From Antedon mediterranea (taxonomy: Eukaryota > Animalia > Echinodermata): a stretch of DNA of 64,000 nucleotides. Location of the stretch: contig NC_092678.1 in the NCBI RefSeq assembly GCF_964355755.1, positions 13,080,352-13,144,351 of the forward strand. The letters are read 5' to 3'. The position numbers and the translations under genes were made by a program. Below, in pieces: positions 39,703-52,581 of this stretch; the stretch's first letter is position 1, and each line of letters starts with the position of its first letter. A model generated the notes under the pieces. It saw only the letters and a program-made list of their open reading frames with translations. It ran no database searches and had not been told where the DNA came from.

Positions 39703-40668
39703 TGACCAATCCTGCGCCTTAGTGATGAGGGTATGAGTGAGCCAAAATGTTGGGTACGAGTTGGCATGGGTACGGGTTGACCTGTATCCTTCTAGCTAAT
39801 CTTACTAGGCCTAGTAGAGTAGGTCTACGCTACCCAGTCCGGCTACAATATGGTATTCTGTTTATAGCTTTATTGATAGCTTGGTTCAAATCTGGGTTGG
39901 GACGGCTTTTTGTCATTCTAAAACAGATTTCCTTATCATAATAAAATAATATATGAATTTAACTGTAATATTGTATACATAGTATTAGTAATTGCAATTG
40001 CATTTATTATTATATATTATACGGTTACCCCTTAATTATACTATAGTATAATTTCCTTGTTATATTTTACAATATTTTCTTCACAATTCAACAATTTTGT
40101 CTTTCACAGCACAAATTATCGTACTGAATCATCACACACCAAGTCTCATACATCTCTACTGTATTTCTCCAAGCTACACCAACTACATGATATTTTCTTG
40201 AGGCTAAACTACAGTACACGGTATACTGGTACTACCATCATTCCTGGCCCGTCAACCTGGACCACATTACAGTATGGTCCAACACATAAGTACAGTCATA
40301 CTACTGATTCTAAATAGTATATTACACCCTGTGGTCAAGACTTTATTTGCTCTTATGCTTATTTCCTCTAACATACAGAGTACGTAGGGCTTCCAATTTG
40401 CTTTTATACCTGTTAATTAAAAAATCGTTTATGCCTATTGTTGCATAAAGTATCAAATTTAGACTGTAAATACTGGGATGATCACCCTAAATTTTCTTTT
40501 TCAATTAACAATTTTATATTTCACAGTTAGAAAAACGCACTAAAGCATCATATAGAGATTTTTTATTCATAACTGTTAAATTGCATCCCAATACATGGTA
40601 CCTATTGGTATTATATCTAAAAATACAAAGGCGGCCAACACAGATAGTTTGATATATATACAGTACTC

Positions 40669-43338
40669 AACTCAACTCAACTCAACGTAAACATTTATTT
40701 TCTTTCTTTCATTCAATAATAAAACAAATGAATAAGGTATTAAAAAAAGTAAATACGAGTTACAAATAATACATTTCATTAATATAATATATAAACACGA
40801 CAGGCAAAGAACATTAGTTCTAAACCGCCCGGTGATATACTGAAATTTTAATTAATTAATTTGAAACAATAAAGATGAGGAAATATAATATAAATATATA
40901 GCCCATATAGACTATTTTTAGTTACACACATATATAAATATACATATTTATACATATAAACAAATCAGGCAAAGAACATTAACATTAATTTAATTATTTT
41001 ATTTATTTGTATATATATGCATATATGTACACACACACCTATATATATGTATATATACATATATACATACATACATACACACAAACTCATCAGACAATAA
41101 ACATTAATTCTAAACAGCCCGGCGATATACTGAAATGTTAATTAATTAATTTGAAACGATAAAGATGAGGAAATATAATATAAATATATAGCCCATGTAG
41201 ACTATTTTCAGTTACATATATATTTATATATAAATATATACAATATTTATATATAAACAAATCAGGCAAAGAATATATAAATATATATATACAAATATAT
41301 ATAAATCCAAAGGCAAATAACTGGAAAAAATGACAATGCTGTGGGTATCAGTGGCTGGATCTCCATGAAGATACAAAAAAAGCGAAAAACTAAATCAAAA
41401 CGATAAAGTAAACAGCCAGAAAAGTTAGCAGAGCTATATACATACACACACACATACATATATACAAATCAATTGTGTTGCATAGCACTGTGTAAATATA
41501 TATAAATAAATAAATAATTTTATTTTTTTAATATATTGATAACATCAAATAATACCTTATGTAAAAAGAACTGCAACATGTGGAAAAAAAGATGGCAATC
41601 CACGAAAGGCAAGCCTGTGATGTGGAAGCCCACACAATGAAGTAATAAATAAGTTAGACAGAACAACAAACACACAGGTACAGAACAAACTTACAGGACA
41701 CGAATCACAACACAAACAGACATGAACAAACAGAACATGCACAGACACACCCGAACACACATCACCAGGGGAAAACATTAATATTTAGAAATGAGGAAAG
41801 ATTTGAATGTTTTATTAAATAAAAATTTAGTAGCCGAATGTTTAATTTGAAAAGGAATTTTATTCCAATTCATGGGACCAGTATATCTGATTGAATGTTT
41901 AAAGGCAGTGAGTCTTGGTTTTGGCAAATGTAGGTCTTGTGCAATACGAGTATTATAATTATGAACTTCGTGATTAAATTTGAAAAGATGAGATGAAGGA
42001 GAATCAGCTGTCAAAGAGTCATAAATAAATGACATTTGTTGAAAAAGATTGATATCAGCTAATTTAAGAAAATTATGTACGGAAAAAATAGGGGAAGTAT
42101 GAGAAAGACGATTCGAATGGGTAATAAGCCTAATGGCCTTTTTTTGTAAAATAATAAGTCTATCAATAGATGTCTTGTAATTATTAGCCCAAACAATATT
42201 GCAATAATTTAGGTAGGGCAAAATAAGAGAACAATATAATAAACGCAAAATTGTTAAAGGGATATAGTGAGAAAGCCTATAGATAATTCCTATATTTTTT
42301 GAAACCTTCGAAGCAACCGAATCAATATGACATTTCCATGTTAATTTAGAGTCAAGGAAAACTCCAAGAAACTGGACGGTATCAGTGAGCGGAATATTAA
42401 TATTATTTAACAAAATTAAGTTATTTCCAAGAATGAAGGATTTGTTAGGACTGTGAAAAATAATAGCACTGCATTTTTTAAAGTTTACCGAAAGTTTATT
42501 AGCTGAAAAATATTTTAAAACAGACTTAAGTTCGTTGTTAACAACATCAAATAGTGTATTAATGTCACTATGCGAATATAAAATAGTGGTGTCATCAGCA
42601 TATAAGAAAGACGAGAGAATGGAGGAATTATAAAAATCATTAATATAAATTATGAATAATAGAGGGCCAAGCAATGACCCTTGTGGAACGCCACACGAGA
42701 TGGATCGGAAATCCGATGTACTATTATTGAATTTTGTGCACTGAGTGCGGTCAAGAAGATAGCTCTTGAATAAATCAAGTGCAATCCCTCTAACGCCATA
42801 GTGAGAAAGCTTAGATAACAAGATGTTGTGGTCAATGGTGTCAAAAGCTTTCGATAAATCAATCAGAATTCCCATGGATAATTTATTTTCTTCAAAAGCA
42901 TCTAAAATATAGTTAGTCAGCTCAATAAGTGCCATTGAGGTGGAGTAGCCTTTTCTAAATCCAAACTGATGCTGAAAGAGGACATTATTCTTTTGAAGAA
43001 AGGAATAAGTTCGATCATATAATTATACCTAATGCGTTCAAATAATTTCGAAAAAATAGAGAGAATAGAAATAGGGCGGTAGTTGCTGATTTCAGAGGTG
43101 TTACCGGATTTAAAGACGGGAGTTACAAAAGCGCGCTTTAATTTGTCTGGAAAAATACCGCATGAAATCGAAGAATTAAAGATATGACAAAGGGGTTGGA
43201 AATAAAATATGCAGATTGTTTAATAACAAAAGTATTAAATCCATCTAAACCAGGAGCTTTGTTGTTGCCAAATGAGGAAATAATTTTGAGAATTTCATTT
43301 TCATCAACTGGGTTTATAAATAGAGACTGCGCAACGGA
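40669..43338 (-). mobile_element. 5'-truncated LINE (L2 group, Crack-like) with RT domain, long 3' UTR and (TTGAG)n tail
   Basis: TSD ATACAGTACTC at 40658-40668 and 43339-43349; the empty site is present in the opposite arm (~46533). RT motifs DLSKAFDTIDH, GVPQGSLLGPLLF, YADD and YCNIVWA, plus upstream NYRPISILS in a disrupted frame. Confidence 0.9.
41778..42935 (-). pseudogene. LINE ORF2 reverse transcriptase remnant (385 aa open)
   Basis: Track ORF with clear RT motifs; no endonuclease domain; frame broken near 43020. Confidence 0.9.
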
Positions 43339-45204
43339 ATACAGTACTCTCTTATAAATAGATGTATCTCTACAAACTACTCCAACTACCTAATCATAAT
43401 AATAGTACTATTAGCATACTACTGTACACTTTGTAGACAAGAAATAAATTGTATCCACCTAGAGAAAATATGGTAGTACAGTCGATCGTCCTCTCACTGG
43501 CCAGTGATGTTTTTAAGCAAAATTCTATCATAACCCTAATTTTTAATGTTCAATGTGTTATTTATTGAAGTGCTTTGAATACGTTGATGGAATTTGGAGG
43601 TATGAAACTTTGTTAGGAGTAGAATCAGCTTCAAGCATTAAATGTTAAAAATATGTTTATATTACTCATTAATTAATAATAATTATTAATAAATTAATAG
43701 AAAACTAGAGAGGGTGCTTTTCGACCAGAAAATGAATGTTTTTTTATGTGTGTTATTTTTCCGCTCGAGTTTATTCAATGTACTGTAATATACACTGTTA
43801 CATACTATTTTATTGGGAAGTAATTATTTCTGTGTGAATCTTCATGAAGTTGTTTGAAAGCCTATACTCTTACTTCTTTATACATATAAATACACCTCGC
43901 ATCACCAACCTCCAACACACCATATTCTGCCCACACACACTTCATCTCCTGAACTAACATAGTACAGTATAATTCAAATCAATTGTTTTGAATGTTTTTT
44001 ATTAAAATCAATCTGCCTCAAAAAATATTATAATAGTAACAATAACAGAAAGGTAGATAGGTATTTTAATAATTTTTAAATAAAAAAATGTAAAAAAAAA
44101 AAAGAATAAATGTTTATACATACATTATAAAAGTAATACAATAACTACTATTTTAGTAATGCATACACAAGTACAGAATATCAGAAATCCATGAATTATG
44201 TGTCTCAATATGGCATTATTAGGCTAATTTGCTTTGAAAAAAAACATCAATGCCATTGGCCTATACAAAAATACAATGCAATAAGACAAAATAGATACAT
44301 AAACAATTAATACTAATATTGGTAGGCATAAAATAATAGTGTATATAAACTTTCCTTAAATATAAACAGTATAGTGCCTTACCAATTTATTTAATACATA
44401 ATATATGAACTATATTACCACAAAATAAATATAAATGAATTTATAAGGACATGATGATTATCAAAAATAGTCAATATAATTTAATATTATGTTCATATTA
44501 TTATAATTATTATATCATAGAGATTTTCAAAAACATAGTTTGATAACATTTAGTTTCTGTTAGATATCAGACCTTTAATATTTGGAAATAACCTATAACA
44601 ACTATAAAACATTCTTCTTTTCAACGCAGTATGCATATGTAGATACAGTACACATATAGTGTAAGAACACAATTTCAATAATTTCTTTGTTAGCTATCAA
44701 CCTAGGGGTTAAGTAATTAGGAAAACATTGGTTTATTTTTATATAAATTATATGTACAGAAATTCGTTCTTCTAGCCTCAGATCATTCCTGAAGTTAGAC
44801 ATAAATCACCCAAATTAGTATTAAGTAATGGATATTAGATGAAGTACAGTACAAATACATGTTTCAGGAGGATAATTTATGTTAAAAAGGTGATAATTAG
44901 TTTAAATTTTACCCCGATGAACTTTATTCAATTACCAGGTTGAAGTATGGTGAAAACACTACTATATGGCAGAATAAATGTACTCATGTAGAACACAGTC
45001 AGTTCTACCAAGGTTAGAGGTGTGCTACAATTTTAGATAAGTGGAAACATGACTTTTTCAATATAGTAAACAGCATTATAAATACAATTTTAAAAAGATG
45101 AGAATGCAAATAAATATTAGATTCATAGTCCTCATTATGCACAATGATTTTCTACTATCACACATATTAAAATATAAAAAACAATCATGTAGCCTTTAAT
45201 GGAT

Positions 45205-46110
45205 TTACACGGAGGTGCCACAAGTCCCTCGGCCTCACGTCAACTCGGCCAAATTAAAGTATGAAACGCAAAAAGTGCAAATGAATGGGACAAAATCAGT
45301 CTAATGAACAGAAGAAAAATAATAAAAACGAAGTAGGCCTACTCATGTTATAGGGATGAATATTAGTATGAATGTGAATATTATATGCACGATTCAAAAT
45401 AACGCAAATATTTCGCAATTTGAACTGCACAAGCTTGTTTATTTTGAAATTGCGCAATTTTAATAACATGTTATTCTTTTAATGCGTTACTTGCATTATT
45501 CTTCTTCTGTTCATTATACTGATTTTGGTTGAAGAAAATAATTTGCACATTTGTTTATTATATCAGTCCTATTTATTTGGACTTTTTGCATTCCAAACTT
45601 TAATGTGGCCGAGTTGATCGATTAGGTTTTGGCCGAGTTAACGTGAGGCCGAGTTGACTTGAGGCCGAGTTGACTTGAGGGCGAGTTGACTTGGGGCCGA
45701 CTTGAATTTAGCCGAGGTGGTTTAGAGCCTTTGATTATAATAAATACAACAGTATTATTAGTTTTTATAATATTGAACATTTTAAATTTATTCTACTCTT
45801 TTTCCTCTTGTTATTTCTACTCTGAAAGACCTACGAACCAAAAAAATAAAATGGAATAGGAGTTTGGTTGAAGAAATCCTTTGCACATTTGTAGAATACC
45901 TTTTGCATATTTAACGTCAAAACTCATCGTTTTTACATTTAACGGCGTGATGTTTGCACATTTGTGGGTTATGAATGTTTACAGATTTGCACATTTGAAG
46001 GTAAAATGTTGGCACAAATGTGGTTGTTTGGACGTTTGAATGTAAAATGTTTGCACAAATGTGGTTGTTTGCACAAATGAGGCTTTTTGCACATTTAACG
46101 GCTCCACAAG
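45205..46110. mobile_element. MITE-like fragments with short subterminal repeats
   Basis: ctcggcctcacgtcaactcggcc at 45228 is inverted to tandem ggccgagttgacttga (45607-45720). Also ttgcacattt repeats ending ...gctccaca. Confidence 0.45.
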
Positions 46111-47295
46111 GTCTATTCAAATAAATTTAAATAAAAGGGTCGTAATATGTCTTTGTCACTCTCCAGTTCGTGGAAAATGAAGTTAGGATTCCATCATTTC
46201 AACAACAAACAAAATTCAAAATATCCTGCCAGTTTGCGTACAAGAATACAACCTGCTTAGTTTTTAATACGAGTACTGCTTTCTATACACATAACTTTGA
46301 TTTCTGCTAAAAAAAAAAATCTCTGTAATAATGTACTTTAATTACTGTAATAATCTAGGCGTAGATTATGTTGACCGGATCAGTGAGAGGACGATCGACT
46401 GTACTACCATAAGTCCTCTAGGTGGATACAATTTATTTCTTGTCTACAAAGTGTACAGTAGTATGCTAATAGTACTATTATTAGGATTAGGTAGTTGGAG
46501 TAGTTTGGAGAGATACATCTATTTATAAGAGAGTACTGTATATATCAAACTATCTGTGTTGGCCGCCTTTGTATTTTTAGATATAATACCAATAGGTACC
46601 ATGTATTGGGATGCAATTTAACAGTTATGAATAAAAAATCTCTATATGATGCTTTAGTGCGTTTTTCTAGCTGTGAAATATAAAATTGTTAATTGAAAAA
46701 GAAAATTTAGGGTGATCATCCCAGTATTTACAGTCTAATTTGATACTTTATGCAACAATAGGCATAACCGATTTTTTAATTAACAGGTATAAAAGCAAAT
46801 TGGAAGCCCTACGTACTCTGTATGTTAGAGGAAATAAGCATAAGAGCAAATAAAGTCTTGACCACAGGGTGTAATTCACTATTTAGAATCAGTAGTATGA
46901 CTGTACTTATGTGTTGGACCACACTGTAATGTGGTCCAGGTTGACGGGCCAGGAATGATGGTAGTACCAGTATACGTACCGTTTACTGTAGTTTAGCCTC
47001 AAGAAAATACCATTTATGAGTAGCTTGGAGAAATACAGTAGAGATTTATGAGACTTGATGTGTGATGATTCAGTATGATAATTTGTGCTGTGAAAGACGA
47101 CAAAATTGTTGAATTGTGAAGAAAATATTGTCAAATATAACAAGAAAATTATACTATAGTATAATTAAGGGGTAACCGTATAATATTATACAAATAATGA
47201 ATGTTTATGAGTGTAATGGTACAAATAATGGCACGAGGTGTATGATGAAAGGTTATATTTCAACGAGGCGATGAGCCGAGTTGAAAAACAGTAAC

Positions 47296-48833
47296 CAGTC
47301 AACTCTCCCAATACCGGACACCCTTGGGCGGGCATATATTTTTTTTTTTTTTCTCTTTTGTGGCGCAAACACCACTTTTATTCACATTCATATTATCTCA
47401 TATTACATAAAATCGTATTATTTAACTTGTAAATGTCGTTACAGTTCATAAGTAACATTTTTACATATATGAATTCTGTATTACTCCTTTTTTCATTAAT
47501 TTTCTTATATTTTGTTATACACTTGACAGGATCATCATTATCATCTATCCCGTTTTAAAATAGTTCACACATTTTCATTTGTTTGTTTTCATTTTACAAC
47601 CCGGATTATACAATATATTTATATACATGATAAAAAAAAAAACAATAATAGCTCAGTACCACCAGTAACCCGTATCACTGTAATTCTTTTTCAGTTAATC
47701 GTATCAAATTAGAAATTATACTATCATAATCTTATTTCTTAAAGCTACCCATTTTTCTATACTTGTTTCTTTATTGTTATATGTTTCACATTCAATGTTA
47801 TATAACATATTGCTTTTAAATGAATTCGGGCGGGCATATATTTTCCGGTTTTTGGAAAGTCCGGTTTCCTGAAAACATATTTTTAAAGTCATCACGTTGT
47901 CACTGAAAATGCTTTGAATCACCGGTCCGAATGCTGCCCGGTACGGTCTAGCGTAGGGAAGGCCTAGGCTATGATTGTGTCAAGCTAGTTTAAATAAATA
48001 CTGATAGGCCTAGGCCTACTTTATTAATATTAAGCTAATTCAATTTACCTTTTTTAAAAGTTACATTATTTACTGTACCAATAAAACATGTTACAGTAGT
48101 AAATTATTGTTTCTGAATGTGTTTTTAGCGGCAAAAAGGCCTAGGCTAGGCCTACGTACGTACAGTGAACATAATTTAAGTCAAGTTCATTCTGTTTACG
48201 TTTTGCCATAATGATTTCCAAATTTATAATGATGCACATTTTTAGTGAAACATTCCTTTTTAAAGTCCTATTGCAATTGTGAATTTAACAATAATTTAAA
48301 CAAAAGAAAGACACAAAGTGGAATGTAAATTGAACTTTATTAAAAAACAATTCATATGCTAAAAAACAGGGAGTTGTTAACAACTCCCTGCTAAAAACAA
48401 TAGACATTAAGACATAGCGCCTCACCGCAGTTCGATACGCAACAAAGCATCGTGGGTTAACAATGAACTGACCTGTCAATCACAGTGTAGCAATCCATGG
48501 CAACATTATTTGATCGTACAGTAACTTCATGCATGGTCCGGTCAGGGTATGGTTAAAAGCTTTTGTACATTGTGAATGTATTGAATCCGAGTCAGCGACG
48601 ACGATGTTACGTTGTTTTTGTAAATATTTGGAGTTTTTTAACTGTCAGTCCGGTTTTCAGACGCTAATTTTCTTGTTTTGTACTTCATAATTTGTCCGGA
48701 TTCCCGAATTGGGTGTTCCGGTTTTCATAATAAATTACAGTACATTTAGAATAGGGACAAATTGGGCCCTCCAAAAAAGTCCGGTTTTCCGTGAATTCCG
48801 GTTTTGGGAGAGTCCGGTATTGGGAGAGTTGAC
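47296..48833. mobile_element. TIR element with pogo/Tigger-like termini
   Basis: 22-bp TIR GTCAACTCTCCCAATACCGGAC and subterminal tccggtttt repeats; a canonical TA TSD is not seen. Confidence 0.6.
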
Positions 48834-49702
48834 CTTTCATCATTCACCAAGTGCCATTATTTGTACCATTACACGAATACAAAACATTCATTATTTGTTT
48901 TATATAACACCTAAATAAATTCCTGTCATTTGAATCAAATAAGGTAGCCCGGGCCTAGCCAACCCAGGTAAAAATTCCAGTTGAAGACCAGTTGGGAAAT
49001 TTCCCAGTTGGGAATTTTCCCTGTTGTGAATTGAGACAATTACCAGTTGTGAATTTCCCAGTTGTGAATTTTCCAACTGGTCTGATAATCCCAGTTGTAA
49101 ATTTTACCAGTTGTAAATTTCTCAACTGGTCTGATAATCCCAGTTGTGAATTTTCCAACTGGTCTGATCAATCCCAGTTGTAAATTTTCCCAGTTGTACA
49201 TTTTTCCCAGTTGAGAATTTTCCCAACTGGTAAATTTCAGTACAAAAACAAATTACAAAAACTACAGAACTTATTGTTTAACTGTTTATTTTATTAACTT
49301 TAATATTTACAATTACAGTAGTTACTTTCAATTCTGCAGTACTGTAGTTAATTACCCCACAAAAGTCTTAACGACCTGCATAACCCCTACATCTACACAA
49401 ATGTCAGCATATCCCTGCCGTTTCCTTTTTACAGGTCCATGAAAATGGAGATCTAGCATTTATTCAGTAATATATTTATGAAGTTATGGCCACCTTCTTT
49501 ATTTAGTCATGTTGACAAAATTAGTCCTGAAAGAGAAAAACCAAAACAAATTGATTAAATAAACAATATACTGGTAGTACAAGGAATAAATCAAATTCAA
49601 ATCTCAAGTATCAATTTATATACTGTTTTACTGAAAAAGGAAGATGGAATCATATATTAATAGAAATGAAAGAATGATTATCCAAATTATGTTCTCTACA
49701 AG

Positions 49703-50959
49703 CAATAGAGAGAAATGGCGAACCGCGATGACGTCACTCAAATTTATTTTTATTTTATTTTTATTTTATTCAATCAAAACCAACAGCGATAAATACCGCC
49801 ACTAACAGGTTTGAAACATAAAACAATACAACATCAAAAACGGTTAACAATAAAATACAGATAAAATATATATATAAATATATAAAACATAGATTGGCAT
49901 GCCATAAACAATTTCAATTAAAACAGGTTATGCAGGCTGTTCAAGAAGTGAACACATCATCGTCCTCTTAAAATAACCAAGTCTATCATTAAAAATATCG
50001 ATATGATTGCTATTTAGATTATTAAATGTATAAGGTAGTCTATGAAAAAGTCCCCTCTTAGTACAGTCGACACGGCTAAAAGGAATATGCAATAAATGTC
50101 TATTTCGTGTACGACCAGGAACATTTAAACTAAAAACTAAAATTTCACCGAGTGGGTATAGATTGTAAACAAACCATTTCGCCACATGTTTTTGTATGGG
50201 AAATTCCGATGGGTTGAGTTAAAAAGGAAGGTAGAAAAGAACGTTTAAAACACACATAATAGCAGTATCTTTTTTTTTTTGCAACACCCTTATCAATTTT
50301 AATGTTATATGGGCAAATCTTAACATATTTTATTTTAATTTGGATTGAATTAAGACGCGTTTTTGTTATATACTGTACCCAGCTCTAGGCCCTAGATAGT
50401 TGGCATGTATGCTGTAGTACCTCGAGCCTAGCACGGATTATCGGTTATTATAATAATAATAATATTGGAAATTCGTTATTGCGTACTGTACTCACTACTA
50501 CTACTTTAGCTAGGGTGCTGCTAGGCGTCTCCTAGCTAGGTAGTAAGACTAAATAGAGCCTCTCTCTAGTAGATGTAGGCCTAGCATTAGTTTCAGTTTG
50601 ACAACTGCCATTTTGTTATGTGGCTAGTGATGCTTCCTGCAGGGGGGCTACCGCCAGTAATGATGCTTGATAACACCATTCTACTATAATACTATAGGCC
50701 AAGTCTAATGTAGACCTACAGATATGAGATATTTTTAGGAATATGATTGTGAATGATGGATGACTTTTATACATATTTCATTGTTTTATTGTGTAAATAC
50801 ACAAATACAACAAGAATTATGAGCGTTACAGCAACAACATTGGTTAGACAACGCCATGATTCACGTGTATAAACATAGGAAATGTGTCGCCCTCAACGGT
50901 TTGTTATGATTTTATACCCACTCGGATTTTAGACGTCGGTTCGCCATTTCTCTCTATTG
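49703..50959. mobile_element. MITE with TIR CAATAGAGAGAAATGGCGAACCG
   Basis: Perfect 23-bp inverted ends continuing imperfectly (ccgagtgggtata / tatacccactcgg). The TSD is ambiguous: AAG, or AT if the ends start at AGAG. Confidence 0.7.
49741..50147 (-). mobile_element. Short LINE 3' fragment (CR1/L2 group) inserted in the MITE's left TIR
   Basis: FSLNVPGRTRNRHLLHIPFSRVD...GLFHRLPYTFN ORF2-tail motif and an (AAAAT)n tail; it splits the extended TIR. Confidence 0.7.
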
Positions 50960-51828
50960 AAGATGAGTATCATTTCACTTTAGTTTGTCCCTTTTATTCA
51001 GATATTAGAACTAAATATATTTTCATTTTATACAAATAACCCCTCTAAATTAAAATATATTTATCTTATGTCTACTACAAATATCTCATTATTAAGCTTG
51101 GAAAATATATATATTTTTTTCATTTTAACGTAGAACAGATAAGTATACATAAATATATTTACCCTTCAAATTGTACTGCTGTACTTTTTTGGTTGGTTTA
51201 TAGCCTTGTTGGTTGTATTCAAGTAAACTGGAAATCACCTGCAATTGTGTATGAAAAAAATTGAAGGAAAATTAAAAAATATAGGATATTTAGTTTAAGG
51301 AAACGGAGACAGACTAAAAGTAAAACAGCATGGATTAGTTTGCTTTATTATTAGATTAGTAGGCTAGCCTAGGCTTAGGATATGTTAAAATAGCAGCCAT
51401 GCATGTCATCACGACACTAGCTAGAGTAGTGATAATACAACATGCAGAACAGTAGTACTACTGTACCTAGTTTGGGCCTACAACTACTAGAGGCCTAGGG
51501 CTAGACTTTAGAGGCCTAGGGCTAGACTTTAGGCCAAAATAACAAAAGTGATCATGAATGAATGGAAATAAATCTCGTTTGTGTGGTAATGACATGTAGG
51601 CTAATAATAGGTTAATAATATAGTATTGTTGGGCTTTGTTTCTAGCCTACTATAGGCTAGTACTATGTAGAGGCCAATAAGACAATTTGCGGTCGTACAC
51701 AGCCATGTATTGTAATCAATCAGCTAGCAAGGTGGGGCAAGCCAAGGCTGAAGCGCCTAGCTTACTAGCCAGCATGCAGCGAGCGGCGAGGCCTCCATTT
51801 TGTTGTCGATCTTTGATCATAGTTTGTA

Positions 51829-52581
51829 CGCCGTGGTTAGGATTCCGGCACCGGAACTCAACTGCCCAGCGTTAGGGAATCCGACACGCTATTGCGCATG
51901 CCCAGAGCGAGGTAATCGGCGACTCTATACATCAACAACAGCATGCAGCGATGGATCATTTCATGCTGCGCCACACACGGCGAACTAGCCTAGATGCCTA
52001 CTAATACAGTATCCACTAATCTAGGCTAGGGCTACCAGTTAGACGTGACCAGTGGGCCTATTTATTTTGTAATTAAAAAGTGGTTGCTTCATTCATATAT
52101 AAACTTCATATCATTATGAATTATATAATTACATGACTAGTTTTATGATTTTTCATAACGCATTATACTGTACATAACAACATGCAATCACAAGTTGATT
52201 TGTTGACGGCAGCCACCGCGTGGATGTGAAAAAACTGTTCGGAAAGTCAGGGTCGCAACGCTAAAAACAGCATTACGATTCTTAGATAGATACTGATACT
52301 TATTAATATCATCATAATTATTTTAACGCGTGGCGTAGTGGTATTTTAATTATTAATTCATGTATGGCATAGGCCAAGTTTCATCCATCGCTCTCTCCGC
52401 CGCGCAAGGACTATCTAGGCTACAGTAAATCCATATAACACTCCGACTCTCTCGGTGGTGTGGTGTGTGTGGCACGCGCAAGCTATAATTCACTTCCCAG
52501 AGCTATGGGCATGCGCAATAGCGTGTCGGATTCCCTAACGGTGGTCAGTTGAGTTCCGGTGCCGGAATCCTAACCACGGCG
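51829..52581. mobile_element. MULE-like MITE
   Basis: ~75-bp TIR CGCCGTGGTTAGGATTCCGGCACCGGAACTCAACTG... and a 9-bp TSD TAGTTTGTA (51820-51828 / 52582-52590). Confidence 0.8.

Noticed and set aside
39747-40317. Duplicated small ORFs (39747/54334 and 40057/46907) as a gene pair
   Set aside because: They are just the two inverted arms of the foldback; the frames are not conserved along their length and no domain is recognisable.
43500-46380. Transposase gene in the foldback spacer
   Set aside because: No THAP or DDE motif was recognised; only weak exon-like snippets (e.g. 43895-43950, - strand) and MITE fragments.
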